The position numbers and the translations under genes were made by a program. This document shows, in pieces, positions 25,147-38,915 of a stretch of DNA of 64,000 nucleotides (position 1 is the stretch's first letter; each line of letters begins with the position of its first letter). The stretch is taken from contig NMRA01000056.1 in assembly GCA_002633005.1 (NCBI GenBank), positions 1,023,521-1,087,520 on the forward strand. Direction: 5' to 3'. This DNA comes from Phoronis australis (taxonomy: Eukaryota; Animalia; Phoronida). The notes beneath the pieces were generated by a model that was not told where the DNA came from, did not search any database, and worked only from the letters and a program-made list of their open reading frames with translations.

Positions 25147-27076
25147 ATCTCGGCTATTATTACACTTGCAATTGCCTACTGGCCAATCACTTTAAATGCT
25201 CATCTCGCACATGGAGGACATACCGGGAATAATACGCTTACAAGGAAGTCGATCACGCATTTCTTAAGATATGCTGGAATTCTCACCGCTCGTCCTTCTG
25301 AGTGGCTTGTACCAGGATCAAAGAGAGCGAGGCGCCGGAATCGGGTACAATTATGATGACCGCATTGCCCGATGCGAGCAAGACCCAATTAAATGTAATT
25401 ATCTGACCATGAACAGTATTAGACATCTCTGACTGTACATAATGGTGAATTTTCAAAATGCGTTAACCACTAATTTTCGTTATAAAAGAACACGGCGGCG
25501 GTATTCTAAAAAAAACGACCAAGTACGGTTTTCGATGAACTACTATACCGTGCGTATTGATATACTCGTTGGATATACAAACGCTGATCAGAGTTAATAA
25601 TATCACATGGATTCGTTGTTTAATATTCTTTCAATCTCGTTTAACCAGATTTTTTACCAAGAAACAGTTGTTGTGCCCACTTTTCATTTTTTATTACTGA
25701 CAAAGAGCTAGAATAGTTATATAGTCAGTGCCACCAAAATTGTCCACGGATTCCAAATCTTCAGTTTGGTTATCACCATATTTGCACTTTTGTATATATT
25801 TTTTGATTTGAGTTCTAATAAAGATTAAACTTTAATGACGCGTGAAATGTTTAGTGTACCTGTAATGTGGTAAGTTTAGCGATGGGCTCACAATGAACTT
25901 ATAACTAATTAAGTTTAGCTGGCGATCAGAATCTACCACTGTTTGGTACTTCAAGTTCAAAACTTAGATAAAAAGTTATCGACCCGTTTCCGGTAAGAAA
26001 AAAGACAAGTGGGCAGAAGCATTAAAAATTAAATAAAGAAGACCAACATGAAACTTAACGTTCCTTTGGGAAGTGACCCTTTATGAAGATAAACACAAGT
26101 TAACATTTTTAGTCATTTTGTAATATTTATAATGTACCAAATTATAACTACTCTCCAGAGTTGCAGGCTATAACTCTGCAGATGTCAGAGAAAACCGAAT
26201 TGGGGGTACTAACAACAACTATTGTTGAGACAGTAATGCTAGAAATTACCTTTCCACTTCAGTAGCTCAGATCTACTTTCGTCAATACAAAGGGCATACT
26301 GAAAAGGCATCGTAAAAGTAGTCTGGGGCTTAGGGAATCAGAGCGGTCACCAGTGGAAACGAGAAATTCTCCACATGGATCCCAGGTTCGAGTCGTAGTA
26401 ATACTTGTGGATTTTTCTACAAGTGTAAAGAGAGATTACAATAGAAGAAGTTGTAAGATGTTAGATGACAGAAAGATGACCAATTATGAGGGACATAATT
26501 CTTAACAGGAACTTGGTAGTTGACCACGACAACTTAGTGAATGACCATGTGAACTTCATCTGGCCCCCAATGTTACGTCTCAGCCATAAAGGTCTTTTGG
26601 TATTGTGATCTGACATGCTATTATAACTGATCTTTATGGGATAGCTCACCAGATAGAGAGAGCCCATGCATGCAAACCAACGTCATGATCTCTTTTCTGG
26701 TTAGTGAGCATGTAGCCAAAATGCCAGTTTGGACAAATGGCCAGGGATTTGCGTTCATGTAACCCACTTCACATGCAAAATTGACATAAAAATAGGCAGA
26801 ATGTAGACGATGTGCTGCTTATGAGATATTGGCAAGCCAAACAGGCAGTGCTTTAGAGAACCAGACAGTCACTGAATAAAGGGTCCATTATTCAGTGGAT
26901 GAAGCTGGTTCTCTAAATCACAGACCACTATATATGTCCGACGAGTGCCAGCCAAACATGGATGTTAACCCAGAAGAATACGGTATTTACTTTAATAGAC
27001 TGTGATTTATCCAGGTGGCTTTGTTACACCTTAAAATTTGTGAATGATAACAATTAATAATGCTGTTATTTTCCAG

Positions 27077-27305
27077 CGACATCAAATTCCTGATTGGTCA
27101 AAATAGAAAGACCGTATACTCTCATCGAATGATCTTGTCTGCCCGTTGTGAAGTCTTCCGAGCGATGTTTGCTGATCAGGCTCAGAAAGGAGGACCTGGG
27201 ATCGACACGGAAGTCCCATTTGTACTCTCCGACATCACACCTGAGATTTTCTTAGCCATAATGGAGTTCCTGTACACAAACTGTGTCACGCTCTCTAGCA
27301 AAACG
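27077..27305 (+). CDS. BTBD19: BTBD19-like exon 2 (BTB domain)
   Basis: Acceptor TTTTCCAG, donor ACG|GTAATT, 229 nt. Encodes SDIKFLIGQNRKTVYSHRMILSARCEVFRAMF...FLAIMEFLYTNCVTLSSKT. Confidence 0.95.
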
Positions 27306-28734
27306 GTAATTAGGCAAAAAATTGGTTCTGGACTGCGTTATTTTAAATTAATGTGGTATTTTTAGTTGCACATTTTTTCAGAAAACTCACCTGATATGAG
27401 CTGGAGAGATAGAGGATTTTTTACAGCTTCAATGTTTTAGGGACGAGACTCAAGTTGTACTCTGGTTGATTGCGTCTCAAAACCACTATAATAATCTTGG
27501 TAAACCACTTTTTAATTAATTAATGTCATCAAAGAGGATTGTGCCTCAGTTTCCAAGCCGCTATTTTAGATACATATTTTTGTACGTGTGAAGCTGTTGA
27601 AAAAACTGTTTTTGCTAGAATTTAAGTGGTGCAGTAATTTCTCTTGTAAACAGAGACGTAAGTTTCAAAATTAGTCAGGCTCAGAAACAACACATTTTGT
27701 CAAAACACTGGTCATAAAACTCATTTCTGATGAATGCGTTTCTCAGTAGCTGCATTACCACGTATGTCGAAATTCCAAACGTATTCCTGGAAAAAAATTA
27801 ACAGTATTAATTCCACAAATGGTCATGTTCCCACGGATTCCTGTTGACTGCCGGAATTCGGATATTTTTGTTACTAGTGTTGGCCGACATTGACACTTAA
27901 CTATACTACTCTTAATTGAGTAAACAAACTGTGCAAACCCGTGGATAAAATTTCCTGGTATATTATACCAGCCAAATGTGGATAATTGGTGCCCTAACGC
28001 AAAAATTTTCCCATCAAAATTTTAGCGGAAAAATAATGGTATTACTTCGACTAAGTTCACACGGAAACAACACTATTGTCAAACTTGATCTTGTTCTGTT
28101 TGGACCCAACTGCTGATTCATGTCACAGAGAAGGACATAAATTGACAACAAAACTCTTGTGTGATGTGTTCCATATTTTTTCAGTACTTTACAGTATTCA
28201 TTACAATCAATGTAATTAGCTTAAAACAGGAAACTTGTATTACATATCTTACGTGAATTTTTTAATGTAGATAAAACATCTGAATGGGAAGGCAGATCGG
28301 TGGCTTTAGTAAGACGAGCATTCACAACGACCATCTTTTGAATAATTTAAGCCTTTGTCATACTTATTAAGCATAATTTTGTGCAAGATGCTAAAGAAAC
28401 ATTCTAGCCAATCACGTGCTGCGGTCACCACGAGCGAACAGACCCCAGTCACAAGTTATGGCATTGAAATGTAGCATTATCAGGGTAAGTTAGCAGATCT
28501 GTTGGTGTGTTTGTGGATGAAAAGCAGATCAATGATCTGATGAGCGTTCACATGGGAAATTTAGTTCAGGCTCTGGATCTGTCTTCTGATCAGGCTTCAT
28601 GTGAACTCTGTATAATCGGGATGAGAAATTCCTTGTTCATGGATGAATGTTAGGTGGGGTAATCGGAAAGGTGGAACAATTGAATGTCTGATCTCGATCA
28701 GTGAGATATCATGTATACGTGACTTTTTTTCTAG

Positions 28735-28917
28735 GCAATTGATGTTCTTGGTGGGTCTCTCGAGTATGGTCTCGATGAGCTACGTAAGCTTTGTGTTGAC
28801 TACCTGATAGAAAACCTCAATGTCAGCAATGCGTGTGATGTCATGCAAGCCGCTGTCACGTATGGGCAGGATGAACTTAGGGAGGCTACAATGGAGTACA
28901 TTGAACAGAACACGCCG
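28735..28917 (+). CDS. BTBD19: BTBD19-like exon 3 (BTB end, BACK start)
   Basis: Acceptor TTTTCTAG, donor CCG|GTAGGG, 183 nt. Encodes AIDVLGGSLEYGLDELRKLCVDYLIENLNVSNACDVMQAAVTYGQDELREATMEYIEQNTP. Confidence 0.95.
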
Positions 28918-29508
28918 GTAGGGGGCTCTACTAGATGCATGATTTACTTTTGCCTTCAGAGAGTTTTTTGATGATATTAGACACATCTTTTTAAACTCGT
29001 ATTTAGAGTATAATTTTTAATACTTTTTTCCTAGGGAGGCTGTTAAGTCATTTTTTGTCTCGCTATTTAATATCGAGCAATATATTTATTTTGTTGCGGA
29101 ATACTATTATGTTTTGATAACAAAGCAGCTCTGCTTTTTAGGTTTACTACTTTAAGTAGTTCTGAAGCTCAGTGAGACTTTCATCGAAATGTAAGAGTTT
29201 TTTATGAATATGTCAATCTAACTAAAGCATGGAAAATATGTTGCAAATAAGTAGTGTCTGCACGCCATCTGTTGGCCACATTACATGACCTAATGAATAT
29301 AAATCCAAAAAGATTTCTGCCCCGACTGGGACACAAGATGTGGTCAACAGATGGCATGCAGTCACGACTTAAATGTTCGTGGCTACGTAAGACTTTTTTA
29401 TTTTCATGTTTTGACATGAGTTGTTTTCGTCACTCACTCCAGAAAATATGATGCTATCAACTTAGTTTGAATGATTGAAAAGATATTTTAAAATTTCTAT
29501 CATTTCAG

Positions 29509-29640
29509 AACGTCTTCACCACCAAGACATTCCATGAGATGTCAGAGGATGCACTGAGCGTTACATTACAAAGTGATTTATTAGTTCTGGATGAAACAGA
29601 AATTTTGAGTGCCGTCAAGGAGTGGGCTACGGTGAATTCA
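29509..29640 (+). CDS. BTBD19: BTBD19-like exon 4 (BACK domain)
   Basis: Acceptor CATTTCAG, donor TCA|GTGAGT, 132 nt. Encodes NVFTTKTFHEMSEDALSVTLQSDLLVLDETEILSAVKEWATVNS. Confidence 0.95.
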
Positions 29641-29717
29641 GTGAGTTATCTCCCCTTTGCTGAGGCACTTCCTTACCTTTTATGGAGGTGAAGATCACTA
29701 GTCTCTGATCTCGTATT

Positions 29718-30210
29718 CATGCCTAGAATTGTACGATGACACTTGGCTTACCTCATAATCCAACTCTTTTGGTAATTGGCAGAATTAAAGCATATAACAT
29801 TTCTTCTCTTATTCAAAATTCAAAAACCTAATGACGTGTACTTTTCACAAACTATACAAATGTGCTACTTAAAAACTTTCAAAGCGAAAATTTAAATCAA
29901 ATAAATTTTGCAATGCCATGCAGTTACCGACGAATGAAAATATAAAATAGTAAAACTAGTAAAATTAAAAATACTGTCGTCGCCCCCAGTGTGTTATGAT
30001 GTGTCTGATTATCTAGAGAATGTTAACATCAGCAGCCTGGGGTGTAATTACCTAGAGCAGCATAGTGTTTTTGATCAATGCCGTATTACATTTTTGTGTA
30101 TTTCTTAATAAATTGTTAACTGTATGCCAGTGAAATTTTGAGATACACAAACCGGTTGAATTGCCCAATCTCGACCGGTGAAGGTGTCAGTAGTATTCTT
30201 TCCATGTTTT
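29718..30210 (+). repeat. Dispersed repeat family, copy 2
   Basis: Begins CATGCCTAGAATTGTACGATGACACTTGGCTTACCTCA and is colinear with the other copies, with indels. Confidence 0.75.
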
Positions 30211-30537
30211 TGGACCTTCTACCACCACTCAATATGACATGATATGATATCATGTGGTGCAAAAAAATTACTATACAAACAGTGTTTTAAAGGTGTATTC
30301 TTACATTGCTAAAAAAATGTTCTTAATGGTTGCTGGTAGATTTAAAACTACAGAATCTGTATCACTCATAATGGTTCATTAGTATTTAAGGTATACTATC
30401 AGGTCTACATGTGATGCCTTATCGCCATGACTTGAGTACAACTGTTAATCACAATGTGCAGCGTGGATATAACGTAAACTTTCTTCCACCATTTCTTATC
30501 AAAAAAGGAAGAATTCAAAACAATTTGAAAATTGCAG

Positions 30538-30663
30538 GTGGTACTTGGCAGGCCCATCTCGGAGGTAGCTCAGAATGTTGTCAAGCACATAAGGCTCCCT
30601 CTATTGTCACCTGATGAACTTAAAGAGGTTGAACAGGAATACAAAAAAGACAGGATGATTCCG
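30538..30663 (+). CDS. BTBD19: BTBD19-like exon 5
   Basis: Acceptor ATTGCAG, donor CCG|GTAAGA, 126 nt. Encodes VVLGRPISEVAQNVVKHIRLPLLSPDELKEVEQEYKKDRMIP with the BACK IRLPLL motif. Confidence 0.94.
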
Positions 30664-31197
30664 GTAAGATTATTAGGTTTGTTGTCTGATCAAATTAAAT
30701 AACCAAACCCATTATGTGTTAATTGAGAACTGGGTATTTGTCATTCTGGGATTGGCTATTCAAAACCCTTAGGGGGTGATAAAGTAATTATATTGTCAGT
30801 CAGTACCCATTGTGAAGCTGTGTTTACTTACACAGGTCAACTGGGACAGTTGTATGAGAGCAGGGGTCTCAAAGAACTACTTTCACTGACCTTGCATGTC
30901 AGTTTCAAAAGTATTGTTTTATGTGGAGACATGGGTGATTTACAACCATCTGCAAGTTCTAAGTTACTTAATGCCAACTAGTTATACTTTCAAGCCCAAA
31001 ATATCATTCTTGTCCAGATTAACACACCCTTTTCATTTGATGTTCTAAATTATTGGAATAGGTATAAAGTATGAACTCGGCAATTACCCGCTATTGATTT
31101 GAGTTATCACCCAGACTGTTGCGTTGTTGTTAGCATGCGATAGCCAAATAAAACATTTCCTGAAAGTAGACAGCGCTCTAGCTACTTGTAAATCGAG

Positions 31198-31300
31198 GAG
31201 GCAGAGTGGCCTAGTGGGTTGTGTGTCTGCCTCCTGTTCACAAGGTTGTACGTTCGAGTCCCGTTGGACCCCAGTGGTAGGCCCTTGAGTCAGATCTCTT
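31198..31300 (+). mobile_element. tRNA-derived SINE head
   Basis: A-box TGGCCTAGTGG and B-box GTTCGAGTCC, followed by CCCTTGAG as in many SINE central domains. There is no proper cloverleaf. Confidence 0.6.
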
Positions 31301-32087
31301 GATCTTCAGCTCAGTTTTAAGGTTATGTAGGACCCTAGAAAAATTCCAGTTTTGGCAAAATTCGGAACATCATATCTCATATGAAACTTTGAGGTATTGT
31401 GCTTTATGCACTGTTCTCGGGAACGCTGTTAGAGATTGATTTCCACTTTTGCATTAGGAGCTATCAAAAATAGGACTTGTGTATGATTTTGATGAAAAAA
31501 GTTGCTGAAGGTGGGCGTTAACCCGCCCGAATACTAATCTTATGCATATGAAGCCACCTAGAGTGCTTGTCTTCAAAAAGTGTAAAAAATTGCCAACATA
31601 AAGTTAGAATAAATCAAGATTGCACTGACAAATTTAGACACAGGACCAATCACTGAGCTACTCTCGGTCCACAACAATAAGGTGTAAAATTAGAAACGCA
31701 AATTGACCATATTTCAAACCCAGTTCATGGTCATCTCTATGTTGTTTAAGATTTTATCTAAAGATGGCACTGCGTGTTGCTTGAATGCAGTTTCTTGGTC
31801 CTGTAAGTTTGTATTTTGAAAACCATTTTTCCTCTGAATAGTGGCCATCAAACTGGTTTTCAAAATCCAGATCTCATATAAGTGAATATTGCTGTTTTTC
31901 AGCTCAATCAAAATTATTTTCCTCTGAATGTTCATCCAGGCAAGATTTATTTGTTTAAGGTCATATGAGACCTTGTTACCATCTGTGTACATTTGGCCAA
32001 TGAGTTGACATGTCTGTAGAAATTAACTGTCTGTGAAAGTATACATTTTCTGAAAGTAGAAAGCCTGGAGAATGGGATTTTTTACTT

Positions 32088-32370
32088 TTTCACCAGTCTG
32101 TCTTTGATTGGGTTGTGTGACCATGGTTTTTTTTAGTAAAATAAGTCAAAAAAGAAAGTTACATTCACTACAAACAACAGCATTAATGACGTTACCAAAT
32201 TTCACATTTGATATAAATGTTCAATGTGATAACTCAAAACCACTGTTGCAGTTTCCTAAATTTCCTAAATTACCGTTTTGTTTTTGTTTTATGCAACTTT
32301 TAATTTTTATAAACATGCTGAATGTGCTATTTTTGGAACATTTTAAAGTAATTCCTGTTATCACATTGTA
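32088..32370 (+). repeat. Dispersed repeat with a second copy at ~36155-36400
   Basis: Both loci share ACCAGTCTG...ATTGGGTT.TG.GACCATG...TTAGTAAAAT...CCAAATTT.ATTT.ATATAAAT. Confidence 0.6.
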
Positions 32371-33615
32371 GAACAGTGAGCAAACCATCGTAAGGTCTAA
32401 TTTGAATCCGTGATCAACCATCTCTGAGATGTGATGTTCCACGGTTACAGAGCCAAATTTGGACTTTTATCAGTAGAGTTTGGGAGCAAGCGTCATGCAT
32501 TCATTAGGAAGAGCATGGCTGCAAGTGGGCCAATAAGGAAGAACATACTATGTGATGAGTTTTTCGGATAGTAGCTAAGAGGGTGTGAGGTACAATATGG
32601 TGAGGTGGCACTTATTGCAGTAATTTTCTACATATTTCGCACAAGAAATTATTGCCAAATTTTTTTTTCCATTTTCTCAAAGGCAGATTAATTTACTGAA
32701 AATAATGGAAATTTATCAAAACTTGTTTTATGACATCTACCCGGTACACACAAGGTAGTAACAGACTAAATTTTCTTGATCTTTATTTTGTTGGAAAATT
32801 TGACAAAATAGAATTTCACTTGTTGGCCATGTTGTGTTCTAAATAAGTTAAATGTGATGTAGCAATAACATGGTGAGTGAGATGGTATTTTGTAGGCAAA
32901 AATGGTAAGCAAGATGGCACCAAGTTGGTTAAATGTTGCAAATGGTATGGTAGGCCTACTTATTAGGTAAAACATGGTAAATGGGATATACTAAAACATG
33001 CTAAATAAATTGCTTTTGTTAGATAAAACACAGTTAATGAAATGACAGTCCCTGCCAACTATTACATAGCTAACAGGCCTGACTATTACAAAACATGGAG
33101 ATATAATGGTAGTTATTAGGCAGAACATGGTAAATGAGATGGTACACATTAGGTTGAATATGGTAGGAAGTAGATCACTCTGGTGTTAGGCATACTTTGA
33201 GCCACTTGATAGAATGAAGTATGACAGGACTCACTTTCAATGTCCAAAACTAAAAATTATGGCCCAAAGAAAATTCTTTTAGGGCTATTACCCGATAATT
33301 TTTATTGCATATAGAGTGGCTTTAGTTTCCTTGTACGTTTTATCTAATCAAAGATCGTAAATTTTGTAGGTCTTGTTACTGTACTCCAGTCGTTTTGCTA
33401 ACACTAACCAGTTTCCAATGGCATTAATCTGTCTAATGGGATGAATGTACTGTGATGTGCTATTGCAACGTTTCCCCAAGTGGTTTCTTGTGAAAACTGA
33501 TAGAAAAGAGTGTCTTAAAGTAAAAATCCATGCTCTACCCTGGCGGCTGCCACTGCTAGAGAGGTTTATTCAATTGTGGTTCAATCCTGCCACCATTCCT
33601 CACTGATAGGCTTCC

Positions 33616-33770
33616 AAGTGGCAGATTTAGAGGGGGCCCAATGAGGAAATGGCTCCCCCTAAAATTCCCCCAGACTCCACTTGGCAGTTCTGGGTGCAAA
33701 TGTCTGACGGGCAAAATCCTGGCGAATGCTCTGCCCTGCCCTCCTCCTCAAAATCCTGGATCCGCCCCTG
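33616..33770. mobile_element. MITE with 5-bp target-site duplication (TSD)
   Basis: Termini AAGTGGCAGATTTAG...CTGGATCCGCCCCTG, flanked by CTTCC on both sides. Confidence 0.7.
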
Positions 33771-36700
33771 CTTCCTGACCCATAACTAGTTGACTAATGG
33801 GGTCTATTTCATGAAAAGTGACTTAAGACAGTAATTTGGTCTTCTGTATGTATACCACAGAACAGAGTGTGTATTTGAATTAAGTATCATTACCCTCAAA
33901 GATTCCAGTCAGTTTTGGGGTAGAGGATTTATCTGCTGATGAAATCAAGGAACTACACTTGATGCCAAGCTATAAGTCTGTCAAATTAAAAATGATAACA
34001 TGTTATTAAGTAACACAACATGATTTCTATGCCACTTCCAGGTTTTTAATGATGGTTCTGTGACAGGGTTTTGGGTTTTTTTGCTCACACCAATGGTCAG
34101 TTACGATGTTGTATTTTTGCCAGTCTCAATGTTACTACAACTGGCTTTTGTCGGTTTTGTCACGTGACATGCTGATGGATCTAAGATGACATGAAGGGGA
34201 CAGGCCCACATTTTTTGTAGATAAAACTTATCGTGATTCACCTAAAACTGCTTGCCCACACGTTTTTGTTTGTGGGAATGTGCTCAGAGGAATAACTCAG
34301 TCCACCTCTCGCCCCCTNCAGTCCGCTTACGTGACAAGAAGTAGCATGAATCTCAAATTCTTGAAAGGTTTCTATTACGTTAAAATCTCCAATTTAGGAC
34401 ACAATATTGTGGACAAGAGAAATTTTATTTGATCATTTTTTCAGAAAAGATATGTAGCATCCAATTAATTCTTTACCACGTTCAAGTTTTGTACAAATTA
34501 GCTGTCACCAGAAAATATTTTGAAAAATTGTTTACATTGACAACAATGTCAGCGGAACTTCAGAAATGAAGACGTGCAATTTTGACGATTATTTTAGTCT
34601 GAAATTGGTGGAGATTTTCGCCGTAACGTCATGCTCTTCCGCCACCAGGTGTCACTCTCTGTACCTAATATTTTGCAATGCAAGTGAAAGTGTGCCTTTG
34701 GTTCAATAACCGTTCAGTGCCCAATAGGAAGCCACTACTCAATGCAGAGTAATGTATGTCTCCGGAGATGAAAAGCTAATGTAGATCATTAGGAAATTAA
34801 ATCACCGCATTTCTTTACTGTGGTGTTGTATCTTGGCTTTATTACGGTTTAAGTGTTGGGGGAATATAATATAAGTCACCCATCAACTTCATAGGCTATA
34901 ATGTATGAAAAGAATATTGATTACGACGAGATGTGTTCTTCAAAAACGTGAGCATTAAACGGACATGATCGACTTTGGGGATAAAAAATGCATTTTAGGA
35001 ATATCGTAGGATTGGATAGACTTATTGAAGTTATTAGCTTTGAGCAGAGCTTTAAAGTAGCAAAATCTGGTTTGTGATTGTTATTAAAAATTGGAGTTAA
35101 TTCTTAGTGTTGGCCTCTGACATTTGGTAGAATTGAGGCCTTATCAGTTTCATACCCTTAAGGCTACTTGTCACATTGGATTTTAGTCCCACTGTCAAAA
35201 CATCGAACTGCCAATGCGGCTGAGATTGTGAGTTTGAATTGAATCCGAGTGGACTGATTTTAGCTACACAACATACTGTGGTCTCAGACAATGCCAATTT
35301 AAAGGCAGTTTCAAGTTGAAAAGATGACGCTGATTCACGAGGTCCTTCAACTACACCTGAAAATGTAAGGTTATTTATAGATGGCGGATACCTTGGCCAT
35401 AGTCACTTAAAGGTAACCAGTTTGATTCCTGTTATTCGTTACGGCATTTTCCCGTTGCTCCCAACTTGTTCGATTCTATAGCCCAACAACTAGTTGGGAA
35501 GTTTACCCGCTGTAGCCAATATCTTACACGACTGATTAACTCCATTGTGGCATTCAGGTTTGGAGGGCCAGCTCTCTTTTTTCGATAATTGCTCTGATCA
35601 TACTACCCTGACTGGGCTGTGCTGTTAAAATAAAAGTTAAGTTATAACATATTTGAACATAAACCAATAGTATTTCTGAAATTCTCGTCAAATGGTGATC
35701 ATGTTTAGTTTTTGAATCGCCAAAATCGCCCAACTGCAACTGAAATTACGATAATCTATTCTTTCCGAATGTACCAATTCACTCTGGGTTTGACGGTATT
35801 CACACGTGGTCTGTAATAAGCCTGGTAGATAATTGCCATGCCTGTTGTCATACCAGACAAAAGAGTGTGCTTGGCAGTTAACAAAGAAGCTAGATGTTAT
35901 CACACGCTCAGAACCCCCTTGGTCTGGTAAATTCACTGAACGGGAAAACGCTGTCATGTCAATGCAGAAAACTGGTTCTCAAAGTGCGGGGAACCCCTGT
36001 GAATGGCTGCTACCCTTATGTCACTGGCTCTCAAAAATCTCGTAGGTTATGTAGGAATTACTTATCGGCAAGTCTGTGAGTGCTGAATATCTACACAAAT
36101 TTCACACAGTAAATGTATTTTATTTAAGGTAGAAACCCTATATTTTTATTTTTGGCTTTCTACCAGTCTGCCACTAATTGGGTTATGCGACCATGCCATC
36201 TTAGTAAAATTTTGTAAATAAAAGGGCGTGTTGATAGCGAAACAAGGATATCAATTGTATGGCCAAATTTTATTTCATATAAATTCAAAGATAAAATTTC
36301 AATAATGCTGTTACAGCTTTCTAAATTATCATTTTATTCGGTGCATAAAACATAGCATGTTAAAGTTTCATTTGAATCCGATTCGCCATTTCTGAGATAT
36401 AATATTCCAACGTAAGCCACATTTGGATATTTTTCTAGGGTCCTGCATAACCTAAAGCCAACATTACGTTTATACCAGGTTCGGCTTGAGTGCTTTTTTA
36501 GTAGAGAACGCACAAATGTGAAAATGGAAATCCAGCCTCTAATATGTTGAGCCTTTGGTATTGAAGGCACTTGGCGCTAATAGGTTTCGACTTAAAGCGT
36601 CATTAATTTGGATTTAGTTGTATTGATCTGCGAGCGTCATAGTCACTGTTGTTTACTGATCAAAGAATGATGGAGGAGAAATGGTCCTAAACTTATTTGA

Positions 36701-38488
36701 AAAATCAGGCAATTTAGAAAAATAACGCAGTTGTCTTTAGTCACAAGCGGACTCGGTTGTGTAGGCTACCCGGAGTTGATGAGTTCTGAACCATTTTTTT
36801 AATATTTAATGCCACGATTGCCCAGAACAAAACGTTGTTTTTCTGAAGATCTGCGAAAGTTCCTTTTGTTATTTGTATAAATAATTTTGTTTTGTTTAGG
36901 TAAGGTACAAAATTTAAGGAAAAGATAAAATATGTTATGTTGCAAAGTCTTTGTTTATGGATGCAAACAAAACACCGGTATTCAAGTGACGTGATTTTGG
37001 ATTACTGAAATCACAAAACAGGCTTTCGCATGATTCAATGTCAATTTGGGCAAATTTGAAATGCAATATTGTTCATTTCTTCTTTTTTGTGTTTGTTGGC
37101 ATCAAATATTCTTTAATACAACTTCTCATTTTACTTAGTTGGGGATTGGGTCTTTGAGCATTGAACCACGCACCAAACAATGGCAAATTGACAACATGGC
37201 AGTCATAAAGAGTACATATTGCAATTACACATGTGGTCAAACTAGGCTTTTGGGCTCTTGGAAATTGTCGGATCTGTTTCAAGTAATTAACGGAAACAAA
37301 TGATATTTGCGCGACCACCCACTTAACTTGTCTTCTACAGTGAATATTGAAGATTTCCTTAATTTCCCCCATTCTTTATTCCTCAATTCCCAGTGAGCAC
37401 TATTGCCATGGCAACCGTTTCAAATAGTTTCTTTAACTGGGGTATGTTTCAGCATGATAAATTGTCAATGTGTTCGAAGTTTAGACCAAGGCGTGCATAA
37501 GGATTGATTTAAGTTGACTGACTATTCACACTCCTTTTCTTACTCGTGCTGGTAATAACTTAGAGGCCTCGTCTTCGATTGATAGTGAGAGACCGTCTTA
37601 TAGCATTTGTGTGTTCATAATTCATGGAGGACGTTCGCTTATTGTATTAAGTTGTTCATAATTACATGAGTTCAGTGTCATTACTGCTGAAGCTCAGATC
37701 ATCTTTCTTGGGATTGACTTTGTTGTGAAATTGGTTTGCCCTAAGCGATACCAGTACTAACAACACCATCGGGCTACACCAGAGGGTATTTGAGAACACT
37801 TACAGACTATGACACCCACGTAAAGTGCACCAGGCGATCTCGGAGACTATACTGTGTTGCGTATGCAGACTTTGTAATTTCAACTAATTATCACGTGACT
37901 AAATTAGAACAATCGCATTATTGTTCTGTGGAGTTTCCGAACGTCCAAATTCAAACATGGATACTCGAAGTGAACCTGATAAAAGCCACTACATGGATTT
38001 GATGGATACGGGATTACATGCCGTGAGCATGGAAGTTCTCAATGTGGGTAGTTATGAGAAGGTAGGGCAGTGAACGAATGGTTCATCTTGGTGGCTTGTT
38101 GGGAAGTGATATGTGCAATCTATGTTGTTGACTGAGGCAGAGTCGTGTAGCGTTTACCCTTGTTTTTTGAGGCAGTTGTTATAACGAACTTCTCAACTTC
38201 TCGTTTGTTACAATTGCCTCAGTGGTGGATCTAAGATTTTTTCAAAAGGGGAGTTTACAGAAAAGTGTGTTTTGTCACAGTTCATTTAATTTGAATGGCT
38301 TACAACTGCTGAACCCTCCAGCTTCTGCATCTTTTTGTGCTGGCCAGATCATGTTGAATCGTTAATCATTTAAATAGCTGCATTTTTTCCAGGCTGAAAA
38401 ACAAAAGTTGATTTTGGCCTTGTACTCTCACGATAAAATCGGTCTCATAATATACCTTACCATGATTGGATTCCGTTTCAGTTAGCAT

Positions 38489-38915
38489 CCATGCCAAGAA
38501 CTGCACGATGACACTTGGCTTACCTCAAAATCAACTGCTGCCTGGTGGTTTGGTAATTGGCCCAATTATGTTGAACCTCCCCTCGATAGAATTAATGAAA
38601 ACATATTTTTCTAACATTAAACAAATGGTTTAGGTTACAGAAATCACATTCCTTGTCCAATTTTCAAAATTCAAAAACCTAATCACTTGTGCTTTTCAGG
38701 AGCTATTCAAATATGCTATTTACAAACTTACAAGACGGAAATTTAAGAATACTATTGTCTAGAGAACGATAAAATCAGCAGCCTGAGGCCAAATAATTAA
38801 TCGCAACAGCATGGTGTCTTTGATCTGAATGGGCAAATTCTGTGATGCACAAACCGATCAGAGTTGCCCAATCTCAACATGTTAGGGTCAGTCTACGTAG
38901 GATTCTTTTCATGTT
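38489..38915 (+). repeat. Dispersed repeat family, copy 3
   Basis: Begins CATGCCAAGAACTGCACGATGACACTTGGCTTACCTCA. It is partly duplicated again after the N at 39153. Confidence 0.8.
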
